Shown in pieces: positions 1-27,388 of a stretch of DNA of 64,000 nt. This stretch comes from the human T2T-CHM13v2.0 reference genome, Homo sapiens. The DNA is taken from NCBI RefSeq assembly GCF_009914755.1, contig NC_060925.1; one strand, 5' to 3'. Both the position numbers and the translations under genes were made by a program. The notes under the pieces are model-generated. The model worked only from the letters and a program-made list of their open reading frames with translations, searched no databases and was not told the origin of the DNA. The first letter of the stretch is position 1; each line of letters begins with the position of its first letter.

Positions 1-1499
1 ACCTGTTGAGAAATACCACTCCTAGCCTTGATTTCCTCATCCTGAAACTAATGAAAAAATACCTTTCTTCTTCCTTTCCACAGACAACGTGAGGGCCGCG
101 TGGGGAAGTATTTGTATGGGAACATGATTTGAAAGGTCTTTGGAGAAATATTGCCAATAAAAGTGGCCACAAATCTTGCGATGGCAGGAACAATTTGTTT
201 CCTCGAGTGTCCCCCAAAGTTCCTTGGATCCAAATGTAAGCATTCTTTTCATTAATATCAGCAGAACTAGACATGGTTGGGCTTTGTAGGGAGCAGGGAG
301 GTATCTCAGATTCCAGAGCTCCCATCCCTTGGGGGAAATACAAGCTTTGCCACCTCTAAATTTTTCCCCCAACAAATAAAACAGAGCCATGACCTCAGCA
401 AGGTCACAATATGAGTCAGTGATAGGCGCTAGAAATAGAACACAGGCATTCTGAGTCCCCACCTGCACCATTCACCAATTCACCCACTCACCCCCTCTCC
501 AGGAAGGGAATCTCTTACCCTTGAGGGCAAACATTGCAGGTGACAAACATTGCAGGTAACAGGGAGGAACGTTGAGAGATTCCACTTGTCAGCTCTGTCT
601 CCGTATGTATTCTCAGAGTCTGCACACTTTGTAATTCCTATTCAAAAGGCTCAAAGCAGGAGCGTGGCAAATACCCAAGGTATCCCTATGATTTAAACAC
701 CTGACGTCATGCCTTCCCCACCCCCCACCCCCAGCGGAATCCTCACTCCTCCCTGTGTTCTCCGAACTACAGAGCACGTCATGTCTCACTCTCCATCCCT
801 GTCCAATTTCCCATGAGGTTGGGCCTTGGGAAGCTATGTGCAAGGCGGTCCCCAGGGAACCCACCACGCGATGCCAGGTTGCTGTAAGCAAGAAAAATTC
901 AATAAGAAGAATATCCCCCTTTGTTCACCAGACTGACATCTAAATTAGCCAAAATCCTATGCCTTAAGTCGTAAACAAGATGCTGCCAGTATTTTATGTG
1001 CAGAAGTTGAATTTAGGTGCAAATGCTAGGTTTGAATAAGAGTATGGCTGGTGTCTGGTGATGTCATTTGCGTTACTGGCGTATTTCACCTCTGATCAGC
1101 ACCTGACTGGCCTGGCCAGGGAGCGTGAGGACATCTCATGGGCCCCAGGAAAGGAGACACTCTCTAGCCTTTTACTTGGGGCAGCCTGCCTCGATGGAAC
1201 AGGCTCCCTGCTCCACAGACACAATTGCGACTTTGTCACCAGCCCGTTAACTGGCTGCAACAGCAGCTCCATGTTCCCGTCCCACGGCCGCTGCCCTTTT
1301 TAGCTACCACCGCTAGGGAGCACCACCTGCGGCTCGCACTGCTCAAAACTGAGCGCTTCTCTCAACGCAGTTTACTCTCTGGAGCAAGGCTGGACCCCAC
1401 GTTTTAGAAGAAAAACTCCCGCCCCTAGTTTTGCCTCTGGAAGCAGGAAATGAATCTTTCACCAGCCTAAATGGGAGCCAGGGTGGTGGTAGCCGTTGG

Positions 1500-1690
1500 G
1501 AATGTGGGTTTGAAGTTAAACAGATCTTGGGCAAGTTGTTTAACTTTTCTAAGCCTCAGTTTTCCCATCTAGGAAATGGGATAATAGTAATGTCTATTTC
1601 ACGGGGTTGTTACGAGGATGAAATGAGGTGTCTGTTGAGGGCTTAGCAGTGAGACCTACACGTAGTGGAAACACAATACATGGTAACTGC
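1500..1690 (+). mobile_element. MIR SINE (similar copies at ~4490-4710, 7110-7290, 21710-21945, 24180-24385, 29340-29550, 31330-31550, 37640-37770, 41610-41830)
   Basis: MIR core TTGGGCAAGTTGTTTAACTTTTCTAAGCCTCAGTTTTCCCATCT...GTTGTTACGAGGATGAAATGAG. Confidence 0.8.
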
Positions 1691-2499
1691 ATGATGATCT
1701 ATTTCTCTCTCTTTCCACATGGAGCAAATAAAGGTTTCGTGTAGACAGATATTCCTCAGATAAAGAGCTGACGTGTTTGTTTCTCTGGAATATACTGACT
1801 AGTGATGCCCTAACATTCTAGGGTCAGCTGTAGTAACTCTCCCTGCCCTGAACCACTCCCTTCTCCACATGTAGCCCATCTGAGACAGACACAGACACAC
1901 ATACCCCTGAGCCCTCTCCAGCTCTGGTTGACTTTGTGATCACAGTTATGGGGGCGCGGCTTCCCTCCCTCTGGCCCGCTGGCTTGGTTGGTCTGAGCGT
2001 GGGCAGGCTAATGAGACTGAGGACACAGGGTCAGTCTCTCAGCCTGGTACAAGGAGACATCTGCTCTCTGCTCACAGCCGGGGCTCCTAATGCTGGCCAG
2101 CCATCCAGCAAGTGTGCGACCTTGGGTAGGGTTGGAGGAGGGTGGAGAGAGTTTCACCCTGTCTGTCTCAGGAGGAGAAAAACGAGAATCCAAAGCGCCA
2201 TCCTCCCATAGGTACAAGTTGCAAGCCCTGGGAAACCTGGGAGTCATCCCCAGTTCCTCGTTGTGTGACCCTCTCTGGATCCACTGGCAAGCCCCCCTTG
2301 CCTCTACTCTGCATCTCCACCACTACCTCCTGAACCCAAACCAGCATCGTCTTTTACAGCAGCCGCTGGCTGGCCAGCTGGCTCCCACTCTTGCCCATCC
2401 CCCACCCACACAATATTTAAGGAAGCCAAAGTGACCCTTTGAAAATACACGTCAGATCAAGTCACCTCCCTGCTTAGACACCTCCAGTGACTTCCTGTG

Positions 2500-3007
2500 A
2501 GTGGCAGGCAGCCTTCTAAGATGACCCCCAATGATCCCCACCTCCAGGTATTCCTTGAGTGGAGGTGGGACCCTGACTTGCTTCTAACAAATAGAATATG
2601 GCAGAGGCAATGAAGGTCAATTCTGTGTTCAGGTTCTGTCTTGTGGGTAGACTGTGTCATCTCCCTGAACGATTTGTCTCCTGCACAATTTGATGAGGAA
2701 AGCTATTCTGTTGGAGAGACCCTCATGGTGAGGAACAGGGTTGGGGGTGCTCAGATCAATCGCCCCCTGAGGAGCTGAATCCTGCCAACAACCACGGGAG
2801 CTTGAAGTGGGGCCTTCCCCAGTTGAACCCAGAGAGACTACAGCCCAGCCAACACCTTGACTGCAACCTGTGACACTCCCTGAAGCAGAAGACCCAGAGA
2901 AAGCCTTCCCAGACTCCTGACCTGCAGAAACTGTGAGCTTTGAAATGTGTTTTGTTTAAAACTGCTAAAAGGGGGTAATTTGTTACACAGCAATAGCTAA
3001 CTGATAC
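2500..3007 (+). mobile_element. MLT1 (MaLR) solo LTR inserted in an L2 fragment (~2200-3470)
   Basis: GGCAGGCAGCCTTCTAAGATGACCCCCAATGATCCCCACCTCC start; TAATTTGTTACACAGCAATAGCTAACTGATACA end. Confidence 0.8.
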
Positions 3008-3474
3008 ACTAAGGAACTTGGAACAAGAGCCCACCAGATCCTGCATGGCCTGGCTCCGTGTTCCTTCCCCCACCCCCCTAATTTGGGACCCCTCTTCTCT
3101 TGGTTCACCACACTCTAGTCTTTTCATACATGCAATTCCTCATGTTTGTTTCCACCACCAGAGCTTTGCCCTTTGCTGTGCCCTCCACTGGAAGTACTTC
3201 CTTCCCAGCTCCTGGCATGGTTGGTGCCATTTGGTCATTTGGGCTTTCTCAGCCCATATGTCACCTCCCCAAACTGGCATTCACTGACCTCATATCTTTC
3301 TCCAGTCAATCTCCCTTGTCTTCCTAAGTTGCTTCCCTTCTTTTCCTGGCTTCAACTTGTTTATTATTACCCCCTGGCATTTCTCAGCTTGCTGGTTTGT
3401 TTACTTATTCACGCTACTTTCCACCACTAAAATGGAACCTCTATAAGGGCCAATCATTTTATTCATTCATTCTT

Positions 3475-10122
<6,648 letters not shown>

Positions 10123-10214
10123 CGGGTGTGCATTTTAGGGAGCTGACACTGGACGCAGTATAGGGGTTGAACTGGAAGGAGAGCCAGTTTTGGAAGATGC
10201 TTTCAGAAATTCAA

Positions 10215-11900
<1,686 letters not shown>

Positions 11901-12140
11901 TCTGATAATCCAGAAAAAGATACTCAAACCAAAGAAAAAACTTCTCCTGACTCACCTTCACCTTTAAAGTGAGTCCAAACACTGATCAAAGATTTCAGTG
12001 TCCAGATGTGACCTCATGAGGACAGGGTCTTTCCACCTTCATCTCCGGCCCCCCTCTCTCCTGCTTACCAACGTGCTCGTCATTCTTCCCTCTGTGCCTT
12101 CACCGTGCTATTATTCTAACCCCTCTTGCCTGCCTGGGAT

Positions 12141-14283
<2,143 letters not shown>

Positions 14284-14476
14284 TCTTCGTAATCAAAACA
14301 ACGTGGCTGGGCGCGGTGGCTCACGCCTGTAATCCCAGCACTTTGGGAGGCCCAGGCAGGCGGATCACGAGATCAGGAGATCGAGACCATCCTGGCTAAC
14401 ACAGTGAAACTCCGTCTCTGTTAAAAATACAAAAAAATTAGCCAGGCGTGGTAGCAGGCGCCTGTAGTCCCAGCTA

Positions 14477-14584
<108 letters not shown>

Positions 14585-15005
14585 TCAAAAAAAAAAAAAA
14601 AAAAAGAATGCTTCAGTCCTCTGTCCACTAACAGTTCTGTTATTTCTCCATTGATCTGAGCCCTGGTGGGGACGAGGGATGGTATTAATCAGGTCTCCCC
14701 AGCACCTCCCTGCTCGTGCCTCCCTCCCTCTACCTGTCTACCAGTTACCAGGAAACCTGATGTATGCAGCCTACGCTTTCTTACTTCCTTTTCTAGCTAT
14801 GCAGTTGTTACTAATAGCTGTAACCGTTCCTCCCTGAAGGGACTCTTTTCATCTCCGGGCATCGTGATTATTAGAAACTTGTAAGTGCAGACCGGGCGCG
14901 GTGGCTCACGCCTGTAATCCCAGCACTTTGGGAGGCCGAGGCAGGCAGATCACGAGGTCAGGAGATCAAGACCATCCTGGCCAACATGGTGAAACCCCGT
15001 CTCTA

Positions 15006-15464
<459 letters not shown>

Positions 15465-17997
15465 CTATGACACATTCATCCTTCGCTCAGATATATAAGA
15501 GCAGAAGAGTTCAACACACCTGATTTATTTTAAAAAGAAAACTTTTTTCTTTTTTTTAGAGATGGGGGTCTTGCGATGTTGCCCAGGCTAGTCCCGAACT
15601 CCTGGCCTCAAGCAAGCCTCCCATCTCAGCCTCCCAAAGTGCTAGGAATACAGGCGTGAGTCGCCGCACCCGCCCTGACACACCTGATTTCTACTGAGAA
15701 GTTCTCTTCCTGGGGTGGCTTGAAAAATCGGATGAGCTCTGGGGAGGCACTTTGTACTGATGCTTTTGTAGAAATCCTTCCATTTTACTTAGTATGATGT
15801 TTTTAACGTCAATCCATGTTGTTGCATGTATTGATACTTCATTTTTAAAGCCGAATAATATTCCTTTTTATGAATATAGCACACTTGATGATGTGCTTCT
15901 CTTGAAAAGCATACAAGGAAACTATAGATTATTTGTGTGCTAATTGGTTTTGCTCCGAATTTGCTGTAACACACGCTAACCAAGACGCAAGGGTTGTTTT
16001 GTTTGTTCATTTAAATATTAAACAACTTAGTTCCCTCACTCGTCTCTGGGAGGCAAGGAAATTTGAAGAATACATGGTGGCTCACGCCTGTAATCCTAGC
16101 ACTTTGGGAGGCCGAGGCAGGCAGATCATGAGGTCAGGAATTTGAGACCAACCTGGTGAAACCCCGTCTCTACTAAAAATACAAAAATTAGCTAGGTGTG
16201 GTGGCGTGTGCTTGTAATCCTAGCTACTCCAGAGGCTGAGGAAGGAGAATCGCTTAAACCTCGGGGGTGGAGGTTGCAGTGAGCGCCAAGACGGTGTCAC
16301 TGCACTCCAGCCTGAGCCACAGAGCAAGACTCCGTCTTGAAAATAATAATAATAATAATAATACACTGCAGACTGCTCCTCTGGGTGGAGAGAATGAATT
16401 TGTTTCTACTGGCAGATGGAGATAAATGGAACTTACTTTTTCCACCTGGTGCCAGTCCCGCTTACTCTCTATGCTGCCAACATTTTGTTTCTGGGTCTTG
16501 AAAATAATTTATGATAGTTCTTTTTTTCTTCTTCTTCTTTTCTTTTTTGAGACAGAGTTTGGCTCCTGTCATCCAGGTTGGAGTGCAATGATGCGATCTT
16601 GGCTCACTGCAACCTCTGCCTCCTAGGTTCAAGTGATTCTCCTGCCTCAGCCCCCTGAGTAGCTGGGATTACAGGCATGCACCTTCATGCCCGGCTAATT
16701 TTTGTATTTTTAGTAGAGGCAGGGTTTCACCATATAGGCCAGGCTGGTCTCAAACTCCTGACCTCAGGTGATCTGCCCACCTCGGCCTCCCAAAATGCTG
16801 GGATTACAGGTGTGAGCCACCTCGTCTGGCCAGTTTATGATAATTCTAATGGGGTTGTTGCATTTGGGGAAAACTTTGAAAAACGTTACCCATTTTTTAA
16901 GTTGGATCCCATCATGCCTGGAAATGTGTTGTAACCAGCCATGCGCTGGTAAATGTTTCCTGATTCTCCTGAAAAAAATTGTATATTATATATAAACATA
17001 AATAAGTATCAGTTTTTGTGACGATACAATAATTTACAAGTAATAATAAATTATATAATATTCTTTATTCTATAAAGAATAAATCCCGTATAGCCAACTG
17101 ATTCGCGCAGAATATTATTGCTAATTTTTTGCTGAACTCTTGATCTGTAGTCAGCCTATGGTTGCTATTAAACCAGGTCTTGCCAAAATCGGACTACAAA
17201 TCACTGCTTGATCGCTATCTAATTCAGCAAGAAAGATGCTTACATCATTGACTACTAAGGACAATTCCAGCATGAATGTTGATTAGTCCCTTCATGTGCA
17301 TTGGTGAGTGAAATAAAACAACAAAGATATACATTAGAACCTCATTAATGATACAATTTCTTTGCTAAATTAGATAGGTTTTCAAATTCTAGAATATTTC
17401 CTCAATTGTTTTGCTAATCACAATGTAACAGCTACAGACACAACACACTTTTCAGTTTAACCTACATTATTAATATTTTCTCCATCCTTTTCTTTTTCTT
17501 TTTTTCTTTTTTTTTTTTTTTTTTTTTGAGACAGAGTCTCACTCTGTGGCCCAGGCTGAAGTGCGGCAGCACGATCTTGGCTCACTGCAACATCTGCCTC
17601 CCAGGCTCAAGCGATTCTCATGCCTCAGCCTCCTGAGTAGCTGGGATTACAGGCATGTGCCACCACACGTGGCTAATTTTTGTATTTTTAGTAGAAACAG
17701 GGTTTCAACATGTTGGCCAGGCTAGTCTCAAACTCCTGACCTCAAGTGATCTGCACATCTCAGCGTCCCAAAGTGCTGGGATTACAGGCACGAGCCACTG
17801 GGCCTGGCCATATTTTCTCCATCCCTTTCTTAACTGCACCTGGTTTTTTAAGAACAGTGTATTAAGTCCTGATATGTAGTGCTTTCCAATTGCTGTGGTG
17901 TCAGTACTCCCACCATTGCTGGTTTCAAGCCGCCAAGATGCTGTCGCCAAACATGGACTTGGGAATAGATATGGATTTTTATTTTGCTCTTACAATC

Positions 17998-18065
17998 CTA
18001 TTCTATTCTATTCTATTCTATTCTATTCTATTCTATTCTATTCTATTCTAATTTCTATTCTATTT
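17998..18065. repeat. (ATTCT)n pentanucleotide microsatellite, ~10 pure units
   Basis: Read directly. Confidence 0.95.
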
Positions 18066-18142
18066 GAATTTCTACCATACAGATACACAGATATCAATAA
18101 TCACAAAAGCACAGACAATAGTTAAAGTAGTAAAATGATTAG

Positions 18143-19268
<1,126 letters not shown>

Positions 19269-19629
19269 GATTACTTTCCTTTTTAATATAATTCACTTAG
19301 TTGTAAGTTTATATAATTTAATTTTTAATAATAGCTGTGTTTATCAACTGCCTTGCAAAATTCCTGGACATGATTGGCTCGTAGGAGGGGCAGGCGTTGG
19401 CCCCAGCACACCCATGGTTGTCACTATCTGTACAGCTCTGGGCAGATGACAAAGCCCAGAATTACGAGTCAGCAGGTCGGTCTTCTGGGGCCAGTGCAGC
19501 CTCTAACTCACTTGTCATTTTGAGCAAATCTCTCACCGCTCTTGTCTTCTGTCTTGTTTCTAAAATAAGCCTGTTGGGCTAGATGATGCCTGAAGTTCCT
19601 TCCTAGGGAATCTTCTGTCTAATAAGTGG

Positions 19630-19983
19630 CCGGGCTAGGTCAACAGATGAAATAAGCCCACAGTAACTTACCACCCGGCAGGTCAGAGAATGGTACACTC
19701 ACTGTTCCTCTGAAGTTGAGGGTTGTTGGTTCCATCCCCAAGACATGTTTCAATTGTCTTCTCACTACGCTTTCTGTCTTCTCTTCCCAACAGTTTTCCT
19801 GTCCTCCCCTGCTCCCCCAACTCTTTGGCTGTAAATGCTCGCTTTTCTTTGTACTGGGAATTAAGCCAATCTTTCTCCACTACTGCAAAACCCCATCACA
19901 GCAATCCCTATACCTGTCCTGATAGTCCAGAATAAAGCCTGCCTCACCGCTTTAACAATTGTCATGAATGATTTTCTTTAACA
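19630..19983 (+). mobile_element. MER31-like ERV1 solo LTR
   Basis: 3' end AATAAAGCCTGCCTCACCGCTTTAACAATTGTCATGAATGATTTTCTTTAACA resembles the recalled MER31 end; 5' boundary uncertain. Confidence 0.55.
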
Positions 19984-22312
19984 GATCCCATCCTATCTCC
20001 AGGTGATGGGTTCAGACATGAACACATGTCCTAGCAGTTTACAGGTGGGGCCTTTGATGAACAAGGTAGAGCAGGCCTTGGAGGGGATTGAGTGGCAGAA
20101 GGGAAATAGGTGGGGCATGGCAAGCCTAAAATCATTTAAGAAAAGGAATAGATTAAGCAAAATGAGCAAATTGTATGTCTGAAGAACCACGTTAGTCTGT
20201 AAGCATTTATTGAGCACCTCCTGTGTGCACACAGAGCCCTTAATCAGCCCTGGACCAAGTACTTCGGAGGAAAGGAAGGTAATGGAAGGTACAATTCTCT
20301 TTTATTGTTCTTGTTGTTGTTTTGAGATGGAGTCTCGCTCTGTCGTCCAGGCTGGAGTGCAGTGGCACTACCTCGGCTCACTGCAACCTCCGCCTCTTGG
20401 GTTCAAGTGATTCTCCTGCCTCAGGCGCATGCCACCACACCTGGCTAATTTTTGTATTTTAGTAGAGATGGAGTTTTCGCCATGTTGGCCAGGGTGGTCT
20501 CGAACTCCTGACCTCAGGTGATCTGCCCACCTTGGCCTCCCAAAAGTGCTGGGATTACAGGCATGAGCCACCGCACCCGGCTGGAAGGTACAATTCTGAG
20601 GACCCCAGGGCTCAGTCCCGCAAGACTGTCCCCACTCCAGAGGCCAGGTCCATGGGTGTGAGTTCTTGGTTCCAACAGTCCTTCAACTCTAATCCAGACA
20701 TGGTTGGCTCATCAGGGAAATGCTGTTAATCATCTCTGGTTTTAAAGGGAAGCACTTAGGCAGAGCCACTCAAATCAGATTGGAGACACTGAATTTGGAA
20801 ACTGTCCAGCGTCTAACAGGAGGCCAGCCGTCTGATTCTTTAGGGAGCGAATGACCTCAGCAGAGGGTGGATTTTATCGCTGGAAAGGATGAGAGGAGGT
20901 GAGGGGGAATGCCTCATTGGAAGTGACACCTAATTACCAGTTTCCCATCCTGTTTCCAGGCCCTGCAAAATAGAGTCCTTCTGGGTATCTGGTCTACCTT
21001 TCACCTGCAAATGCAAGACATACATACAAAGAGGGTGAATCTGGGCTGTTTCCTCAGCTTAATCACGAGCTCCTGTAAGGGCAGAAAATGACCCTCGCAT
21101 TGTGACGCTCCATTTCCCCCTCCTGCTTAGTCATTCGGGAGCTGTTGATGGGTGACACTTGCCTTGGAATTGCGGTGACTTTCAATACCCCTAAGTGTAG
21201 AATTTAAGGAGGAAGGCCTCTGCACAGAATGATAATGCATATTGGGGTGGAGGGCGGGGGATTGCTGCCTGGAAAACAGGAATATATCTTAGATGAGAAA
21301 GCACCTGCTGAGACTCTCAGAAAAGAACTTGGGAGGTGATAGTTTTTGCTAAAACATACCCATTGTCCGATTATGAAGGAATGGATGAGCAGAAAGGGAA
21401 GGAAGCGACTTCTCATCTCATCTGGGATATACAGGCCCTCGCTTCATGGATGAGATGTGTTCCTGGAAAGGTAACTGCAAATTGGAATTTTTATAGCCCG
21501 AATCATCTTTTCCATTACTTTCCCTGCAAAAATGAGTCCTCAGAATATTCTTAGGCTCTAGGATGTAATAAAACCACAGCTAAGGCTATAGCAAATTTTT
21601 CACGTTATCACTTTTTAGCTGAAACTGACCGTTTTCTTATATTAAAAAAAATCACATTCCGAAAACATGACATAAAATAGCTGGGGTTATTTCTCCATGT
21701 GGTACAATCATTTCAGTGTCAACAACCATTTACTGGAGAGCCTGTAAGCATTTTCACACAGTATCTCACTTAGCCGCCTCCCCAATTCTGTGAGCTAGAT
21801 ATTATCTCCTTTTTGGGAGATGTAATAATAAAGTTTAAGAAAATTGAGGAAGGAATCCATGTTCACAAAGCAGCAGTGGCAGAGCTGGAATTCAAACTCA
21901 GGTTTGAGCAAGTGTGGGCCTGGATACTTCACCTCTACCACAGCTGCCTTATTTAAGGCGCTAAAATAAGAAACCCCATCAACGATAACCCCAACAGTAA
22001 CAACCTCAGCTACGATATGAGATAGGACGCGGCCCCAGTTTCTAACAGGTTGCTTTCTCAAGGATCCTTTAAGAGGGTGAGGAAAACAGCTTTTGCCATT
22101 CAGACCTCAGGTCCAAACTCTTTCTGAAATCTATTGGCTGACATAACAGCTTGGGCAAGGCTGAATGGGTGATTAAGACAAGGACCCAATCACTCAAAGC
22201 CAATCTGGAAAGGACCAGGAGGAGTGCGCATCTCTAGGACCCATGTGAGTAGTGAAAGAGCTCAAATGCTAAAACTCCCGAAGGCCTGAGGGGTCTAGGA
22301 AGCCCAGGCTAG

Positions 22313-22597
<285 letters not shown>

Positions 22598-22832
22598 TGA
22601 TCTGCCTGCCTCAGCCTCCCAAAGTGCTGGGATTACAGGCATGCACCACCACACCCGGATAATTTTGTATTTTTAGTAGAGATGGGGTTTCTCCATGTTG
22701 GTCAGGCTGGTCTCCAACTCCCGAACTCAGGTGATCTTCCCGCCTTGGCCTCCCAAACTGCTGGGATTACAGGCATGAGCCACTGCACCTGGCCCCAAAT
22801 TTGCTTTTCTAAGGATGCCAGTACTCCTTAGC

Positions 22833-23680
<848 letters not shown>

Positions 23681-23834
23681 TTTGATAAAACCATTTTCTT
23701 TCCTATTGTTGGCATTGAGCCTTTTCTGGCCAGGTGGTGCCCATCCTTGATAATTTCCCTCCTTCCTCCAGCTCATTTTACCCTCTCAGCCCCTTTATTT
23801 TGAATGACCTCATTAAGGCAATGAATCTCAACTG

Positions 23835-23960
23835 AGGGCCACTGCATACAGTAAGAGTGCAATTAGCCATTGTGTGACTGCAGGAGATAGTAGTTTCCAT
23901 GGAGTGGTGCCCCCTGGAGGTGTGCGGTATATAACCTGCACAGTTCTATGTGGCAGTCCA
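23835..23960. mobile_element. MER91-like hAT relic carrying a CTCF-like motif
   Basis: GTGCCCCCTGGAGGTGTGCGGTATATAACCTGCACAG resembles the MER91 consensus. Confidence 0.5.
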
Positions 23961-24849
23961 GCCAGCAATACACCTGAAAAAGTGCCCAATGCCAGGTTTT
24001 TCTGCTGGACAGAGCAAATGGGGCAATTCCTCCAAAGATCACAGACAAGAGAGGTAGTGGAAGGAGGTTAGTTTTCACTGGGGCTGGCTGACCCATCATG
24101 AGGTTGCAGGCAAAGCCCATGAGTTTAGGTCATTTTCTTTCTTCTCAACTCAGGAAAGAACTTGCAGGGCATGATGGGGTGGTGGTGGATGAGCCTGGAC
24201 CCTGGAGTTGGACCCATGGGTCTCGTCCGAGCTGTCCATGTATTCACCGGGTGACTCCTCACACAGCTTTGCACTCAGGAAGCCATGGAATCTAGGAATC
24301 TAGCACTCAGATTCCTCAGCTGTCAAATGGGAATCATAATAACGCCCCCTAGAGAGTGGCTGGAGGACACGGTAAGCTCACACACATATTATACCTACGT
24401 CAGTGTCTGACACTGAAACAACGTCTTGCTATATTACCCAGGCTGGTCTTGAACTCCTGGCCTCAAGTAATCCTCCCACCCAAGCCTCTCAAGGGCCTGG
24501 GAATTATAAGTGTAAGCCGCTATGCCTACACCAACAGCAATTTTTATTCTCTTTCATTTCCCCCAAAAGTGAGCCTCACACTCTGCTTGTTCCAGAGTGG
24601 AGGATCACTAAGGATTTCTTGAATGAATTAAAGAGACTCCATCTCTCCAAGAGGGAGACAGTCCTATCTTCTAGTCCTGGGTAAATCAACAACCAACAAC
24701 AACAATCCTAATAAGAAAGGCACATCCTTAACTGAACAATACAAAGCATACGGTACCATTTGAACCATTTGCCCTCACAAGCCTTAAGTCAGTCATTTTT
24801 TTTCAGACTGGAGAAATTGCAGAAGAAACTTCATCCGTTAGCAAAACAT

Positions 24850-25185
24850 AGGCGCGGAGGCAGCAGCTGTGCGCTTCCGGATGTCCTTCAAGGGCTCTGC
24901 TGCAGGATGACTCTAACCTGGAGATGCACAGGCAAACATTTAGTCAATAACTCAAGCCTGACTTAACTTGCATCAAGCTGCCGAGCGCGCAGAAGCTATA
25001 AACAGCCCTGCCTGGATGGACAGCCCTTCCTTTGTCGCCGGGATTGGGTCTGAGAGGCTCCAAGTTGGAAAGAAAATGCCAGCCTGTTTCTTCTCTGGCT
25101 TAAGGACAGTCAGATCAACCACTGACGTCAGAGGAGAATTCCCTCCCCCCAAGTTATCCGGCCCAAGAGGTCGTGCCAGGTAATG
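24850..25185 (+). promoter_or_regulatory. Candidate promoter/enhancer with possible non-coding first exon
   Basis: Non-repeat, CpG-retaining patch; overlapping ETS sites GCTTCCGGATGT (24873-24884), TATAAA 24997-25002, CRE TGACGTCA 25123-25130, splice donor CAG|GTAATG at 25179/25180. Motif evidence only. Confidence 0.35.
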
Positions 25186-25305
25186 GGACACAGAGCAGAG
25201 CAATGCTGGCGTGGTCCAGGGGAACTGCCTTGCCTGGGCCTGCACTCTAAGGCTGAGCAAAGATTTTAAAAGAAGAGAAAACAGCCTGACTCTATTATCC
25301 ATTCA

Positions 25306-25653
<348 letters not shown>

Positions 25654-26333
25654 TCAAAAAACAGAAACAGAAACAAAAACAAAATCAGCCTGACCTTCCT
25701 CCTCCCAAGCCTCAGATGCTGGTGCTAACTCATCTCTAGGTGGACGGTGGGCGATTGTTCTAATGATGACTCTGGGCCTCCTGGAAAGAAATCCTGCTGA
25801 GTGACCCACAAGCAGATAACACAATGATCCTGCACGGCAAGTGAACAGGGTCCTACTAGAGACCAATGAAATGACTGCTGACTGCACTCAGAGAGGGCAA
25901 CTATTCCACAGGGGTTAAGCAGAAAGCCCCCCAGCCCCTTGACTGCTCCTTCCTGAGCCCCCAGGCTTCCCCTGCCGCATCGGACCCAGCACCCACCCTC
26001 CTCCCAAGCCTGTCCTCTTCATGCCACTCACAGGCACCAGGTGCTGACGGGGCCGCCAGCTCTGAGCTCTGAGTCAGGGACATCGCTGCAGGCAGGTAGG
26101 TATGAACAGGACAGGGCAGACAGCAGACAGGGAGAGAGCTGAAGGACGGGGTCACTTCGGGTGGGATGGTGTCGTGAGGAGAAGAAAGCGGTTCTGGGGT
26201 GGAGGGAGACCAGTGGAGCTCCTTCAGACAGATGGCCAGGGAAGGCCCTTCGGAGGAGGTGACATTTGAGCAGGGAAGACCCGGCTGACTGAAGGAGCCG
26301 GGCCCACAGAAAACAGCGCGTTCTAGTTAGAGG

Positions 26334-26459
26334 TAGGACTCGCTACACATTCACAGGGCCCAACGCAAATCTAAACGTGAGGCCCCGCTCAAAAATTATG
26401 AGGAATTTCAGGATGGCAAGACAGAGTGTTCGGGGTCCACGCCCGAGAAGCAGGCGCTG
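26334..26459 (-). mobile_element. MER45A-like hAT MITE within an L2 fragment
   Basis: GGGCCCAACGCAAAT..GGCCCCGCTCAAAAATTATGAGGAATTTCAGGATGGC matches the reverse complement of recalled MER45A. Confidence 0.6.
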
Positions 26460-26675
26460 GTAGAAGGAACAGTAAGTCCTATAGCCCTAAGGCTTGGAAA
26501 GTTCCAGAATTTGAAAGGAGGCCAGTGTGTTCTGGAAGGCAGAAGGTATGAGAGGCTGTCAGAGGGCTGTGCAGGAGATATCTGTGGGGCAGACTGTGGT
26601 GGCCCCTGAGACCGGTAGGTAAGCTGGGAAACCACTGGGGGAGCTTTGCATGAAGGATGGGCTTGATAGAATTAA

Positions 26676-26858
<183 letters not shown>

Positions 26859-26866
26859 TGAAATAG

Positions 26867-27388
<522 letters not shown>

